A stretch of DNA of 64,000 nt from Bacteroidales bacterium (GTDB taxonomy: Bacteria; Bacteroidota; Bacteroidia; Bacteroidales; GCA-2748055), in NCBI GenBank assembly GCA_040880545.1, contig JBBDIE010000151.1, forward strand, positions 10,617 through 74,616, given 5' to 3'. The notes under the pieces were generated by a model. It was not told the DNA's origin. It did not search any database and saw only the letters and a list, made by a program, of their open reading frames with translations. Shown piece by piece: positions 1 through 10,600 of the stretch. Each line of letters begins with the position of its first letter. The first letter of the stretch is position 1. The position numbers were made by a program, and so were the translations under genes.

Positions 1-1980
1 TTTGATGTCACCAAATTCTGGCCCGGGAGTCTTTCAGAGGCAGGCCAGGATACCATCGACATGCTGAATGCAGCTGATCTTGTTATCATCGGCCGAAGCC
101 CTAATAGTGGCGACTTCGGTTCGCCTGATAAGGAGGCATGGAACGATCTTACAGTACCAGTCATCCTGAATGCCCAGTATGTGGCACGAAGTAACCGTAT
201 CAACTGGTTTAACAGTACGTCCGCATTCCACGCCAATGAGGAACCACGAGTTGCCTATGGTGTGGCAGCCGATCCTTTGGATCCTATTTTCAGTAATGTA
301 TCACTGATGGATGGAGATTCTGTAGCCTGGTGCTACGCGCCCCATGACTTTATCGATCTGGATGAGGCCACCAACGGTCAGGTCCTGGTTAGCTATGCAG
401 ATACGATCCCCCTGGTAGTCCGTTTTGATGCCGGTGTGGAATTCTATGAGGGTTCGGGTGACATGCCTGCCGGTCCGAGAACTTATTTCGGATTCGGCAA
501 TGACAATACCGAAATCGTAAACTTCTTCCCTCTATCTAAAGAGGCCAAGGCCGCTTATGTGGCAGAAATTTACCGGTTACTGGGTCAGGCGATTGAAATG
601 CCGGTTTTCAGTACAGCTGATAACCGGGTCATCCTGGTTACTGACACTGACAGGGATGATCAACAGTTTGAATGGTTGTCAAGGCAGGGGTTGAAAGTAA
701 TGAAATTCTGGCCCGGAAATCTCTCCGAAGCCAGTCAGGATACCCTTGACATACTAAATATGGCCGACCTTGTGATCCTCGGCAGGAGTCCAAATAGCGG
801 AGACTTCGACTCTCCCGACAAGGAGGTATGGAATAACCTGGAAGTGCCTGTAATCCTGAACGCCCAGTATGCGGCAAGAAGCAACCGTATTAACTGGTTT
901 AACAGTACTTCAGCCTTCCATGCCAATGAAGCACCTCCTGTTGCCTACGGAGTGGTTTCCAATCCTTCTGATCCTGCTTTCGATGCAGTGACCCTGATGG
1001 ATGGAGATTCTGTAGCCTGGTGCTATCCGCCTCATGACTTCCTTGACATGGGCCCTACAACCAACGGAGAGGTACTTGTTGCTTATGCTGACACGGTTGC
1101 CCTGGTGGTTCGTTTTGATGCAGATATAGAGTTTTATGAGGGTTCTGTGGACATGCCTGCGGGCCCGAGGCTCTATTTCGGTTTTGGGAACGATAATACA
1201 GGACCTGCCTATTTCTTCCCGCTGACCAGGGAAGCCAAAAAAGTTTACCTGGCTGAGATCAGCAGATTAATTGATCTGCCGGAAGTTCCGGAAGTGGTGT
1301 TTGGAGCAGCTGACTTCAACGTGACCCTGATCTCGGATGATGATCTGGATGATCCTCAAATGAAGTTCCTGGAGAAAAATGGAATGAGGGTGACGAAATT
1401 CTGGCCTGGTAGTCTTTCGGAAGCCAGTCAGGATACCATTGATATGCTTAATGCCACAGATCTGGTGATTGTTGGAAGAAGCCCCGGTAGTGGTGATTTT
1501 GATTCACCTGACAAGGAAAGCTGGAATAGCCTTACGGTGCCGCTTATTCTTAATGGCCAATATACCGCCAGGAGCAATCGGATCAACTGGTTTAACAGCA
1601 CTTCGGCATTTCATGCCAACGATGAACCGGAGGTGGCTTACGGTGCAACAACCATGCCCGATGATATGATTTTCTCCAATGTGAATCTGATGACGGGCGA
1701 TTCCATCGACTGGTGCCTGCCGCCACATGATTTCCTTGATCTGGATTCCACCACAAACGGTGAGATCGTGGCGACCTTTGCAGATACTGTGCCGCTTGTA
1801 GTAAGGTTTGAAACAGGAGTGGAATTCTATGAAGGATCGGTGGACATGCCTAGTGGACCGAGAACATACTTTGGCTTTGGGAATGACAATGCCGGACCGG
1901 CCAATTATTTTCCGCTGACTCCCAACGGACAGCAAGTCTATTTGAATGAGATCAGCAATATACTGGATGCCGATCTGAGT
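1..1980 (+). repeat. In-frame tandem domain repeats (period 690/693 nt, about 230 aa), three copies in the window with the first cut by the window edge
   Basis: Blocks such as KFWPG(S/N)LSEA(G/S)QDT(I/L)D(M/I)LN..DLVI(I/L/V)GRSP(N/G)SGDF(G/D)SPDKE.WN.L.VP(V/L)ILN(A/G)QY.ARSNRINWFNSTSAFHAN recur three times. The DNA copies are clearly diverged, with many synonymous differences. Confidence 0.9.
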
Positions 1981-2535
1981 GTGGCAAAAACGGTGGATAC
2001 TGATTTTCTCCTTAGTGAACTTGAGTACAGCGTGACCACCGCTACACTGACACCGGATTTCAACCCCGACTCTCTAAGCTATATTCTGGAGCTGGTTGAG
2101 GATTCCAATGTGGTTACTCTGACAGCCAAACCTAACAGCGAATTTGCTACTGTGGTGGGCGATAGTACAATTGATGTCACCGGAGGAGAAGCGATAAGCA
2201 CTAATATCGTAGTAACGGCCGAGAATGGAAATGCCAGGACCTATGAAGTAACAGTGATTCCATATATTGATCCAACAGAACCCAATGCGGTCTCCGGGGT
2301 CACCCGGCAGCTGGGTCTTTATCCGAATCCTGCTATCAATCATCTGAATGTGGTCTCTGATTCAGATATCAGTCAGGTGGATATTTACAACCTCCTTGGT
2401 AAGCGCGTGATGAGCAGAAAGGGGGATAATCAAAATAAGATAGTACTGAACGTGGGTTCCATTGAACCGGGAATGTACCTTATCAGGGTTGATAACGGCA
2501 GGGAAGCAACAATCAGAAAATTTTTGAAGAAGTAG
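1..2535 (+). CDS. Secreted multi-repeat protein, 5'-truncated by the window edge: >=3 tandem ~230-aa alpha/beta modules, then a cadherin-like beta-sandwich, then a T9SS C-terminal sorting domain; function unknown
   Basis: The frame is open from base 1 and continuous with the listed ATG at 61 (FDVTKFWPGSLSEAGQDTID-M...), so the window starts inside a repeat. KFWPG anchors sit at nt 13, 703 and 1396. The tail has a cadherin-like pattern (LSELEYSV..LTPDFNPDSLSY..NARTYEVTVI). It ends in a T9SS type-A CTD (LGLYPNPAINHLNV...PGMYLIRVDNG..). Confidence 0.85.
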   Translation, partial: FDVTKFWPGSLSEAGQDTIDMLNAADLVIIGRSPNSGDFGSPDKEAWNDLTVPVILNAQYVARSNRINWFNSTSAFHANEEPRVAYGVAADPLDPIFSNVSLMDGDSVAWCYAPHDFIDLDEATNGQVLVSYADTIPLVVRFDAGVEFYEGSGDMPAGPRTYFGFGNDNTEIVNFFPLSKEAKAAYVAEIYRLLGQAIEMPVFSTADNRVILVTDTDRDDQQFEWLSRQGLKVMKFWPGNLSEASQDTLDILNMADLVILGRSPNSGDFDSPDKEVWNNLEVPVILNAQYAARSNRINWFNSTSAFHANEAPPVAYGVVSNPSDPAFDAVTLMDGDSVAWCYPPHDFLDMGPTTNGEVLVAYADTVALVVRFDADIEFYEGSVDMPAGPRLYFGFGNDNTGPAYFFPLTREAKKVYLAEISRLIDLPEVPEVVFGAADFNVTLISDDDLDDPQMKFLEKNGMRVTKFWPGSLSEASQDTIDMLNATDLVIVGRSPGSGDFDSPDKESWNSLTVPLILNGQYTARSNRINWFNSTSAFHANDEPEVAYGATTMPDDMIFSNVNLMTGDSIDWCLPPHDFLDLDSTTNGEIVATFADTVPLVVRFETGVEFYEGSVDMPSGPRTYFGFGNDNAGPANYFPLTPNGQQVYLNEISNILDADLSVAKTVDTDFLLSELEYSVTTATLTPDFNPDSLSYILELVEDSNVVTLTAKPNSEFATVVGDSTIDVTGGEAISTNIVVTAENGNARTYEVTVIPYIDPTEPNAVSGVTRQLGLYPNPAINHLNVVSDSDISQVDIYNLLGKRVMSRKGDNQNKIVLNVGSIEPGMYLIRVDNGREATIRKFLKK

Positions 2536-2556
2536 TCATAGTTTTGTAATAAAACT

Positions 2557-2590
2557 GGTTGTCTCCATATGGGAGGCAGCCGGTTTTTTT
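2557..2590 (+). terminator. Rho-independent terminator after the repeat-protein gene
   Basis: GGTTGTCTCC (2557-2566) pairs with GGAGGCAGCC (2572-2581), giving a 10-bp stem that includes two G-U pairs. The loop is ATATG and a T7 run follows at 2584-2590. Confidence 0.7.
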
Positions 2591-2646
2591 CCTTAAATTT
2601 TTATTACATTTATATACCAATAATTCACATTAAAAATCAATAGATT

Positions 2647-3723
2647 ATGAAAAATTTTTACTCACAGTTTTCCGTGATTTTACTGGCACTTTTACTTGTG
2701 GCAGCTGATGCGAATAGTCAGAAGAAAATTCTATTTGTAGGTAGAGACGCACTGGGTGATTACCAGTCGGACCAGGACATGGTTGACAGTATGATCGCCT
2801 GGGGTTATGATCCTGTATTCTGGGATAGCAACGGAGAGTATGATGTAGGAACAGGTCCCGATTTCAACCCACTGGACTATGCCAATTACGAAGGTGTGTT
2901 TTTTAATGAAACCGTTGATTCCAAAGCGGTGGCCCGGTTTGCTTCTGATGGATATCCCTTGCCCTGCATCAATCTTGAAGGCTATGCTGTCGCAACAGGA
3001 AATGACCGCTGGGCATGGATCAGCGACAATGGTGCTGAGTTATTCCAAACCCCTGATGCAGGAGGGACAGCAGATGATCAGGTATTTGTAGTGGCCGATA
3101 ACTCACACTATATTACCGAAATATTTGATGTTGGCGAAGAGATCGTCTGGTCTACAGCCGATATTGCCACCGACATCGCGGCCAATCGCCCGGTATCTAT
3201 CATGGAGGTCAACGTGACTTATGACGGGAAATTGGGAACTATGAAATCGCACGCTGCGCAGGATAATTTCTGGAATCTGGCGACCATCGATGACATGGAC
3301 GGCACCGAAAACAGAATGGTTTTCTGGGGACTCAATCACATTGGTCTGAACGGAGAGGCCCAGGATGGCAGTTATGGGACACCTGATTTCTTCACTATGA
3401 TCAAACGGGCATCTGCATGGGCCTACGATGGTGCCGAAAGTAGTACTTCGGTTGAGGCTGTTAAGTCAGATCCTTTATCGCTCAGTACATATCCCAATCC
3501 TGCCGAAGAGAAGGTTACGATTCGTTTCCATTCTGCAAGTCAGTCTGACTTCACTGCTACACTGTTCAGTATTACAGGACAGCAAATGGAAGTGATAACC
3601 AGAGCAGCTGTGTCCGGAATCAACCATCTCTCCCTGGATGTAAACAAATTTCCTGCTGGCATCTATCATTTGAAGTTGCAGATTGAAGGTAATGTGGCTG
3701 TATCTAAAATAATGATAAGATAA
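2647..3723 (+). CDS. Secreted protein with a single copy of a distantly related alpha/beta module plus a T9SS C-terminal sorting domain; function unknown
   Basis: It has a signal peptide (MKNFYSQFSVILLALLLVAADANSQ). Its module aligns by eye to the upstream repeats (KKILFVGRD.., YEGVFFNETVDS, LPCINLEGYAVA, RWAWISD). The CTD reads LSTYPNPAEEKVTIRF...AGIYHLKLQ. Confidence 0.8.
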   Translation: MKNFYSQFSVILLALLLVAADANSQKKILFVGRDALGDYQSDQDMVDSMIAWGYDPVFWDSNGEYDVGTGPDFNPLDYANYEGVFFNETVDSKAVARFASDGYPLPCINLEGYAVATGNDRWAWISDNGAELFQTPDAGGTADDQVFVVADNSHYITEIFDVGEEIVWSTADIATDIAANRPVSIMEVNVTYDGKLGTMKSHAAQDNFWNLATIDDMDGTENRMVFWGLNHIGLNGEAQDGSYGTPDFFTMIKRASAWAYDGAESSTSVEAVKSDPLSLSTYPNPAEEKVTIRFHSASQSDFTATLFSITGQQMEVITRAAVSGINHLSLDVNKFPAGIYHLKLQIEGNVAVSKIMIR

Positions 3724-3754
3724 AGTAAGCCGGGATATTACTTGTTTTTTATAT

Positions 3755-3790
3755 AAAAGCCGTCACAAATGATCTTTGTGACGGCTTTTT
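3755..3790. terminator. Bidirectional terminator hairpin between convergent genes
   Basis: AAAAGCCGTCACAAA (3755-3769) pairs perfectly with TTTGTGACGGCTTTT (3775-3789) around the loop TGATC. The arms carry A and T runs, so it can terminate both strands. Confidence 0.8.
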
Positions 3791-3804
3791 AGGTAAGAGT
3801 TATT

Positions 3805-5754
3805 CTACCTGGCAATGATTACCCTGTGGTAATCTACCTCATTTCCGGTTTCGAAACGGATGATGTATGGTCCGCTATTCAGCTCCTCAGCCTGAAAGAT
3901 AAGTGAATGAGTTCCTGAATGTTGTTCGCCATGGAATATTTGTCTGACCTGCCTTCCGGTCATATCATAAAGTGAGATGGATACCACGGCTTTTACCGAC
4001 AACGAGAACCTGAGCTTTGCTTTATTAGAGAATGGGTTGGGGAAAACTTCAAGGTTTTCTCCAAAATCTGCTGCTGACTCCATTCCTACTTTCAATTCAG
4101 CGAAGATGCTGTCGGTATAGAATGATTCCATGGTTGTGTTTACCGTTTTGAGCCGGTAGTAATATACTCCATTATCTGTAAGGCTGTTGTCAGTAAAAGT
4201 AGTGCTATCTGGTTCGGTTGTGATCAATTCATTCCAGCTGTCTTCCTTCTTTCTCTCTACTACAAACCCAGTCTCATTTTCGGAGATATCTACCCATGAC
4301 AGGGTGACTGCATAATCTATCACAGTATCTATAGAAAGCTTTATTGGTCGAACCAGGTATTCATATGCTTCAACCAATTCGTTTAAGTACGCTTCCAGGT
4401 TGGTATAGCCATCTCCATCATCGTCTCCGTTCCTGTCGGCCGGATCATTCTTATTTAATCCATTGGCGTCTTCCCAGTCATCCGGCATCCCATCCTTGTC
4501 AGTATCATCCGGAGGGGGGGTGCTTTCCAAAATGGGCCATCCTCCTACCGTTCCCTGGGAATCTATAATACCTTGTCCCACTGCGTAATTACCACCATAT
4601 TGGGCAGTTCCGGTTACCGTTTCGCAGATGATCCTGGCATCGATCGGGTCTCGTTTGGGAAGAATTGCTCCAGCACGGCTCATCACATGTTCGAAGGCCT
4701 CAGCAGCATTATGGGGAGTTAAGGCCGGTGCTTCCAATGGGTTTTCCAATTTGATCAGCTCCTTCTCGGCAAGAGTAATTCCATCCACACCCAGCCAGTT
4801 GTCGTCAGTGGTAGCAGGGTATCCTTCAGTCACATTTCCCGCGATGTAATAGGTGCCAAATCCATTCTCATTGCTGTAGGGCTCCACAATTCTGTCTCTT
4901 TTACTAACAGCGGTAGCCGGTCCATACTTGTAATAATTGGCAACTATATTGTGGTTTCCGGCTTCTCCACCGTAAGCGCTGTTACTTCCCCAGTTGTAGA
5001 TTACGTTATTGCGGTAATCCACCAGTTCAAGTGTGGGTTCTCCGGAATAGCGACTACCGTTGAAGCGGGGGTTCCTGCTGGAGTGGTGGGCCAGCAAATT
5101 GTGATGAAATGAGGCACCCTGACCTCCCCAAATCCCGCCATAACCATGATTTCCCTTGTCGTGAATGGAGCTGTAAAGACTTTCGCTTAACAGGCAATAT
5201 TGCAGGCTAAAGTTTTTATTGTCATAGAATGATCCGCATTCGTCTACGCTCCAGGACATGGAACAATGATCGATAATAATATTCTGCTGCTCCCTTCCGA
5301 ACATGGCATCATTCTGGCTCCCTGTCTGATCACCATGACGGCTACGGATAAACCTGATGATAACATTGTCTGCATCAATGATAAGAGGAAAATTTCTGAT
5401 ACAAATGCCATCACCCGGGGCTGTTTGACCGGCAATGGTAATATTACCATTGTTGATACGAAGTTCTGACTCCAGCTCGATTGTACCAGATACCCTGAAA
5501 ATAATTGTCCTGGGCCCTGAAGCCTGGATGGCAGACCGGAGACTCCCCTGTCCATAGTCGTTAAGATTTGTTACCATGATAACAGCGCCCCCCCGTCCGC
5601 CTGTTGTCATCGCACCAAAACCCTCCGCTCCTGGGAAAGCGGGGGTCTGGGCGAACAGGAATCCGGGCAGGAGCAGAAAAACCAAAATGCTGAACTGGAT
5701 TATTCTTTTGCCGTCCCTCTCTTCCTCATTGCTTTTTGCAGGGATGGTGATCAT
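3805..5754 (-). CDS. Pectate lyase (PL1-like) with a Ca-binding thrombospondin-type-3-like D-rich linker, an Fn3-like domain and a T9SS CTD
   Basis: The N-terminal catalytic region reads AFPGAEGFGAMTTGGRGG..VTNLNDYGQGSLRSAI...NITIAGQTAPGDGI...RSRHGD, typical of PL1 pectate lyases. The linker is DTDKDGMPDDWEDANGLNKNDPADRNGDDDGDGYTNLEAYL. The CTD is LEVFPNPFSNKAKLRF...GPYIIRFETG. Confidence 0.8.
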   Translation of the reverse strand: MITIPAKSNEEERDGKRIIQFSILVFLLLPGFLFAQTPAFPGAEGFGAMTTGGRGGAVIMVTNLNDYGQGSLRSAIQASGPRTIIFRVSGTIELESELRINNGNITIAGQTAPGDGICIRNFPLIIDADNVIIRFIRSRHGDQTGSQNDAMFGREQQNIIIDHCSMSWSVDECGSFYDNKNFSLQYCLLSESLYSSIHDKGNHGYGGIWGGQGASFHHNLLAHHSSRNPRFNGSRYSGEPTLELVDYRNNVIYNWGSNSAYGGEAGNHNIVANYYKYGPATAVSKRDRIVEPYSNENGFGTYYIAGNVTEGYPATTDDNWLGVDGITLAEKELIKLENPLEAPALTPHNAAEAFEHVMSRAGAILPKRDPIDARIICETVTGTAQYGGNYAVGQGIIDSQGTVGGWPILESTPPPDDTDKDGMPDDWEDANGLNKNDPADRNGDDDGDGYTNLEAYLNELVEAYEYLVRPIKLSIDTVIDYAVTLSWVDISENETGFVVERKKEDSWNELITTEPDSTTFTDNSLTDNGVYYYRLKTVNTTMESFYTDSIFAELKVGMESAADFGENLEVFPNPFSNKAKLRFSLSVKAVVSISLYDMTGRQVRQIFHGEQHSGTHSLIFQAEELNSGPYIIRFETGNEVDYHRVIIAR

Positions 5755-5777
5755 ACCTTTCTAAAAGTTAGTATTTA

Positions 5778-7628
5778 TTAATATCCCGGATTCTGATACG
5801 AAGGATCGCCGATTGCATCGATCTGGATCTGGGGTATAGGCCGGAGGTTGAATTTCTCGCTGAAATTCTGTCTGGCCAAAGGGTTTCCTGCATATTGTTT
5901 CATCCTTTGTATCTGGGTTCCTGTCCGTTTAAGGTCGAACCAGCGGATTTGTTCACCACAAAATTCCCTGGCCCGTTCGTTCAAAAAGAAATCAAGGCTA
6001 AGGTCGGCCCCGCTGTTAATCCCGTAAGAAGCAAGCATAGCTGCTCCATCACCATCGTAGGATCTTTTATTAGCAAGGGTTAACAGGTGGTTATAGGCAT
6101 CACCCCCGGCTCCTGTTTTCCACATGGCTTCAGCGGCGTTGAGGAACATTTCGGCATATCTTACTACGTAGGCATCCCGGATTCCTCTTTCAGAACCTAC
6201 ACCGTTGGCTGCAGGACGGTCCGGGTCGGAAAATTTGCTTAATTCGAAACAAAGATTCCTGTCGTTGGTCCGTTCTCCCCGGATCGTGCCATCGGGATTG
6301 AACATATGGGCATGGTCCAGCGTCCAGAAATTTCTTTCATAGTGCCAGATGTAGTTCTGAAGAACTTCATCTTCGATTAGTGTAGCATCATCCGGATAGA
6401 ATCCCTTATAGAGGAATATTGCGGTATCACCCGGGACCAATACGGGTTTTCCATACAAGGGATCAGCAGGATCGTCATGCCATGGTCCCCTCGGCCACCT
6501 CAACCCGGTCGTATCAGGATCATTGGCAAACCATGTGGTCTTAAAAGAGCCGTAGAATCGCTCGTCAACATCCTCATGGAATGCATCGATCAGGTACATC
6601 GTAGGGTTATACCTCCTGAATGGGCGGCCATTCTCTACATCACGGGTCAGGCCCGGTATGACATCGTACTGCATCCCGAACATCAGATGTCCCAGGTGTC
6701 CGCCTTCACGATCATCCCACGGTTTATCCCCCTCCCTCTGGTAATTCTGGTAGGTTTCCGGATCTATATTCATGGTAGCGAATTCCGTACGGGAGTAATT
6801 AATAGCCCATACATTTTCCGGGTTGTTGTCATTGTTTTCCAGCGACCAGAGATCGGCGTAATTGTCCCAAAGGCTGAACTGGCCGCTCGCGATCACCGCC
6901 TCGGCATCATTGGCGGCATCAGTGAGATAACTATTATCGCCTGAATAGTATCCCCAAGTCAGATTCATTCTTGACCTGAAACCCAGTGCAGCCATTTTGG
7001 TTACCCTACCGAAGTCGGTAGCTGCTGTATTGTTAGTTTCACTGAGGTTGTCCACAGCAAAGTTAAGATCCTCCAGAATCAACTTATAAAACTCCTCTAC
7101 CGGGGTTCGGTTAGCGTCCAGCACGACCCCTTTCACCGGTTCTGTACTCAGATGAACTCCTCCCCAGGTTTCGACAATTAGCCAGTTATAAAGCGCTCTG
7201 AGAAAACGAACCTCAGAGAGTCTCATTTTCGTCATGGATTCATCCAACGGTGTCCTGTCGGGATCGGAAAGGATGTCAATTGCATCGTTGCAGGTATTCA
7301 CGCCCCGGTATAATTCCACCCAAAGCACAACCAGCCTGGAGTTGGTGGGATTGAAGTCGGTAGTGAATGTATACTGGTACTGTTGCGGGTGCTGCTGACC
7401 GTAATCATATATGTCAGTGCCAGCAGTGCTGAAATCATAGCCCTCCTCTTGTCCGAACCATATTTTATTGGTGACATAGGCGGCTGCGACAAGACTCTCC
7501 ATTCCTGACGGAGAGGTATAATATTGTTCTGTACTCGCGCCTGCCAGGTATTCCTCATCAAGGAATTCCTCACATGAAAATGTTCCCAGAGCAAGTAAAA
7601 CTATTATAAATTTATTAAATGTTTTCAT
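5778..7628 (-). CDS. SusD/RagB-family outer-membrane lipoprotein
   Basis: It has a lipoprotein signal (LLALGTFSC). SusD-like C-terminal motifs are present (ERAREFCGEQIRWFDLKR). It lies immediately downstream of the SusC-like gene. Confidence 0.9.
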   Translation of the reverse strand: MKTFNKFIIVLLALGTFSCEEFLDEEYLAGASTEQYYTSPSGMESLVAAAYVTNKIWFGQEEGYDFSTAGTDIYDYGQQHPQQYQYTFTTDFNPTNSRLVVLWVELYRGVNTCNDAIDILSDPDRTPLDESMTKMRLSEVRFLRALYNWLIVETWGGVHLSTEPVKGVVLDANRTPVEEFYKLILEDLNFAVDNLSETNNTAATDFGRVTKMAALGFRSRMNLTWGYYSGDNSYLTDAANDAEAVIASGQFSLWDNYADLWSLENNDNNPENVWAINYSRTEFATMNIDPETYQNYQREGDKPWDDREGGHLGHLMFGMQYDVIPGLTRDVENGRPFRRYNPTMYLIDAFHEDVDERFYGSFKTTWFANDPDTTGLRWPRGPWHDDPADPLYGKPVLVPGDTAIFLYKGFYPDDATLIEDEVLQNYIWHYERNFWTLDHAHMFNPDGTIRGERTNDRNLCFELSKFSDPDRPAANGVGSERGIRDAYVVRYAEMFLNAAEAMWKTGAGGDAYNHLLTLANKRSYDGDGAAMLASYGINSGADLSLDFFLNERAREFCGEQIRWFDLKRTGTQIQRMKQYAGNPLARQNFSEKFNLRPIPQIQIDAIGDPSYQNPGY

Positions 7629-7658
7629 CTGTATAAATTGTTTTTGAATGTTTCACCA

Positions 7659-10600
7659 TTAAAATGTAAAGTTAGCTCCGACTGCTGCCATTTTGGGGAT
7701 GGGTTTTCCTAATGCTCCCCTGTATTCAGGATCATATCGTCCCTGACGGAAATATTCCCCGAAAGCAAAATAGTTTTTTAGGGTCACGTAAAGCCGAAGG
7801 GATTTAATATAGGCGTTCTGTGTAAAATCCGTTGGTAAAGTATAACCCAGTGTGACATCCCTGATTTTGATATAGGAACCATCTTTATAGGTCAGGACAG
7901 TTGCTTCGGACCATCCACTTCGTGTGAGGCCCGGATTCAGTCTAGGATAAGTATTGATAGGATTATTCGGTGTCCAGTAATCTCTTTCCATGGAGTTCTC
8001 GCGACGGTCGGGAGCCCATTGGAGTTCGATATTGTCCCTAACCATATGGCCTATTCTGGCGTAAATAAATACTGTCAGGTCAAACCCCTTATATCGCATG
8101 GTGGAGTTGATCCCTGCAGTCCATTTAGGCCTGGGAGATCCCAGAATTAACCGGTCCTGATCATTAATGATGGTGTCATTGTTTACATCTCTTTGTTTCA
8201 GATCTCCGGGCTGCCGTCCATAAAGAGAAGCATCTTCTTCCTCGTCAAGCTGCCAGATTCCGGTTTTGTCGAAATCATAAAACACACCCACGGGATGTCC
8301 TACAAACCAGCCATTACCAATATCCTGTTCCACCCCTCCTACCAGAAAAGTGATTTCCTCGGTATTGGCAGCAAAGGTAATATCGGTAGACCAGTTGAAA
8401 TTATTTGTTCTTATGTTAACGGTCCGCAGGGTAACTTCCACTCCTTGGTTTTTTGTTTTACCAATATTCTGAGTGATTTCGGGAACAGCAGAAGTCGGTG
8501 GTAGGGTCCGGTTTTGTAACAGGTCCTCCGTATGGGTCTTGTAGAGCTCTATTGTACCGCTGATCCGGTTTCTGAAAAGACCGAAGTCAATCCCCAGGTT
8601 TTGTGCGGTGGTAGTCTCCCAGGTAAGATCGGGATTATCCAAAAAACCGGTGCGATAACCAAGGTGGGGATTCGTCCCGAACTCATAGTAAAGTGGAGTG
8701 CGGATAATTGAACCCAGCGCAGCATAGGGGTCAACCGACTGATTACCGGTTTTACCGTAACCGAATCTAAGTTTCAGGTTGGAGATCGCATCCAGGTTGT
8801 CCATGAAGCTTTCTTCACTAAGACGCCAGGCAATAGAAGCAGAGGGGAAAAAGGCCCATTTTTCTGCCAGCTGACTGGCCCCGTCGTAACGTCCTGTAAG
8901 GGTTACCAGATACTTACCCTGGAATCCATAGTGCATCCTTCCGATAAAGGAGGCTAACTGGTTCTCGATTAACTGCAGGAAGCTTTCATCACCAGGAGGA
9001 GCAATTAGTATGTCTTGCTGACCAGAAGTGAGCGACCACCACCAGGAATTTCCAAGCAGAAGGTCGGTAGCTCCCTGGTAAGAACTTTCGGTTTTGGATG
9101 CAACCGTTTCCGTTGCCCCTGTAAGAATCAGGTGGTGATCCCCAAAATATTTATCATAGGTCAATATATTTTGAAATGTCCATTTATAGTCTGAAGTCAT
9201 GGTGATATTCGCCTCGCTAAGCCTGTCGATTCCAACATATTCGCCCTGAAAATAGCCATCTCTGTTAAAGCCCAGGTTTACATTTATTGAGGAGCGAAAG
9301 CTGAATCCTTCAAAAAGATCCAGTTGAGCGTACAAGGTGGAGAAAAGATCAGTCTGGATTATTTCGTTAAGGTAATTATCAGGGTCCTGGTCAATCAGTG
9401 GATTCTCAAAAGGCGCACGGTCATCTGGTTCAGGGACCAGGTTTCCGGTTGAGTCATACGCCGGTGTAAGGGGATTCATGTTATAGTTGATCCCATTTCC
9501 ATCAATACGGTTCGAATTGGCCAGAAAGGTGGAGTTTCCCAGGCTCAACCAGTCATTTACCTGAGAATTTAAGTTGACCTTTAAAGAGTAGCGCTTGTAA
9601 TGATCATTTGGAATAAAATTATCCTCCACCATATGGTTCATTGAAACTGCATATTTAAGAATTTTATCTCCTCCGGAAACGGAGAGGTGGTAATCCTGCT
9701 GGGTTCCGAAATCCTCCATTTGAGCATCAACCCAGTCGAAATCATTTCCTGCATCATAGCCCTCATTCTCCCTTGCTGATAACCCTGGTCCAACGTCAAT
9801 CTCATCGTCAGGGGTGTCCCAATCATAATTCGGCCTTGTAGTACGAAGGAAATCACGGGTCATCCTAAGAAAATAATCTGCATCACCCAGTGGAACGCTC
9901 CCGAGCGGGGTGGTGATACCATAGTAGGTATTGAAGGATATGACCTGCTTTCCCGCCTCTCCTTTTTTGGTGGTGATCAATATTACTCCGTTGGCACCGC
10001 GTGATCCGTAAATGGCTGTTGAAGAAGCATCCTTAAGCACCTCCATGGATGCGATATCGTTGGGATTGATATTGACATTGCTTCCATAATCAATGCCGTC
10101 TACGATATAAATTGGTTCATTTGATGCAGTCAGAGAACGGGCACCCCTCAGGAGTATATCATAACCGGAACCTGCCTCTCCGCTACTTCGGACCATGTCA
10201 AGTCCTGCCACCTTACCCTGAAGGGCTTCGATCACATTGGTTGATCTGGTGGTGGCGATATCCTCTTCCCGGATGGAAGAGACAGCTCCCGTCAGGTCAC
10301 TTCGCTTCATGGTGCCATATCCGACTACCACGACCTCGTCAAGGGTTTCGACACTTGGGTTAAGTGCTAAATTAATCTTCGTCTGGTCAGTCACTTCCCG
10401 GTAGACCTCTAAATAGCCGATGTAGGAGAAGTGGAGCGTATCTCCTGCAGAGGCCATGATTGAATAGTTGCCATCTGCATTTGTAATTGTACCCGTTGTT
10501 GTTCCGGTCACAGTGACATTGACGCCGGTAAGAGGTTCATTTGTCTCTGCATCCTTCACCATACCGGTAATCTCCCGGTCCTGGGCACTTGCCGGCCGGA

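Noticed and set aside
2539-2546. TAGTTTTG, a perfect TAnnTTTG promoter-like motif, lying right after the stop codon of the repeat-protein gene.
   Set aside because: It lies upstream of the strong terminator hairpin (2557-2590), so transcripts started here would terminate at once. It is probably a chance match in AT-rich DNA.
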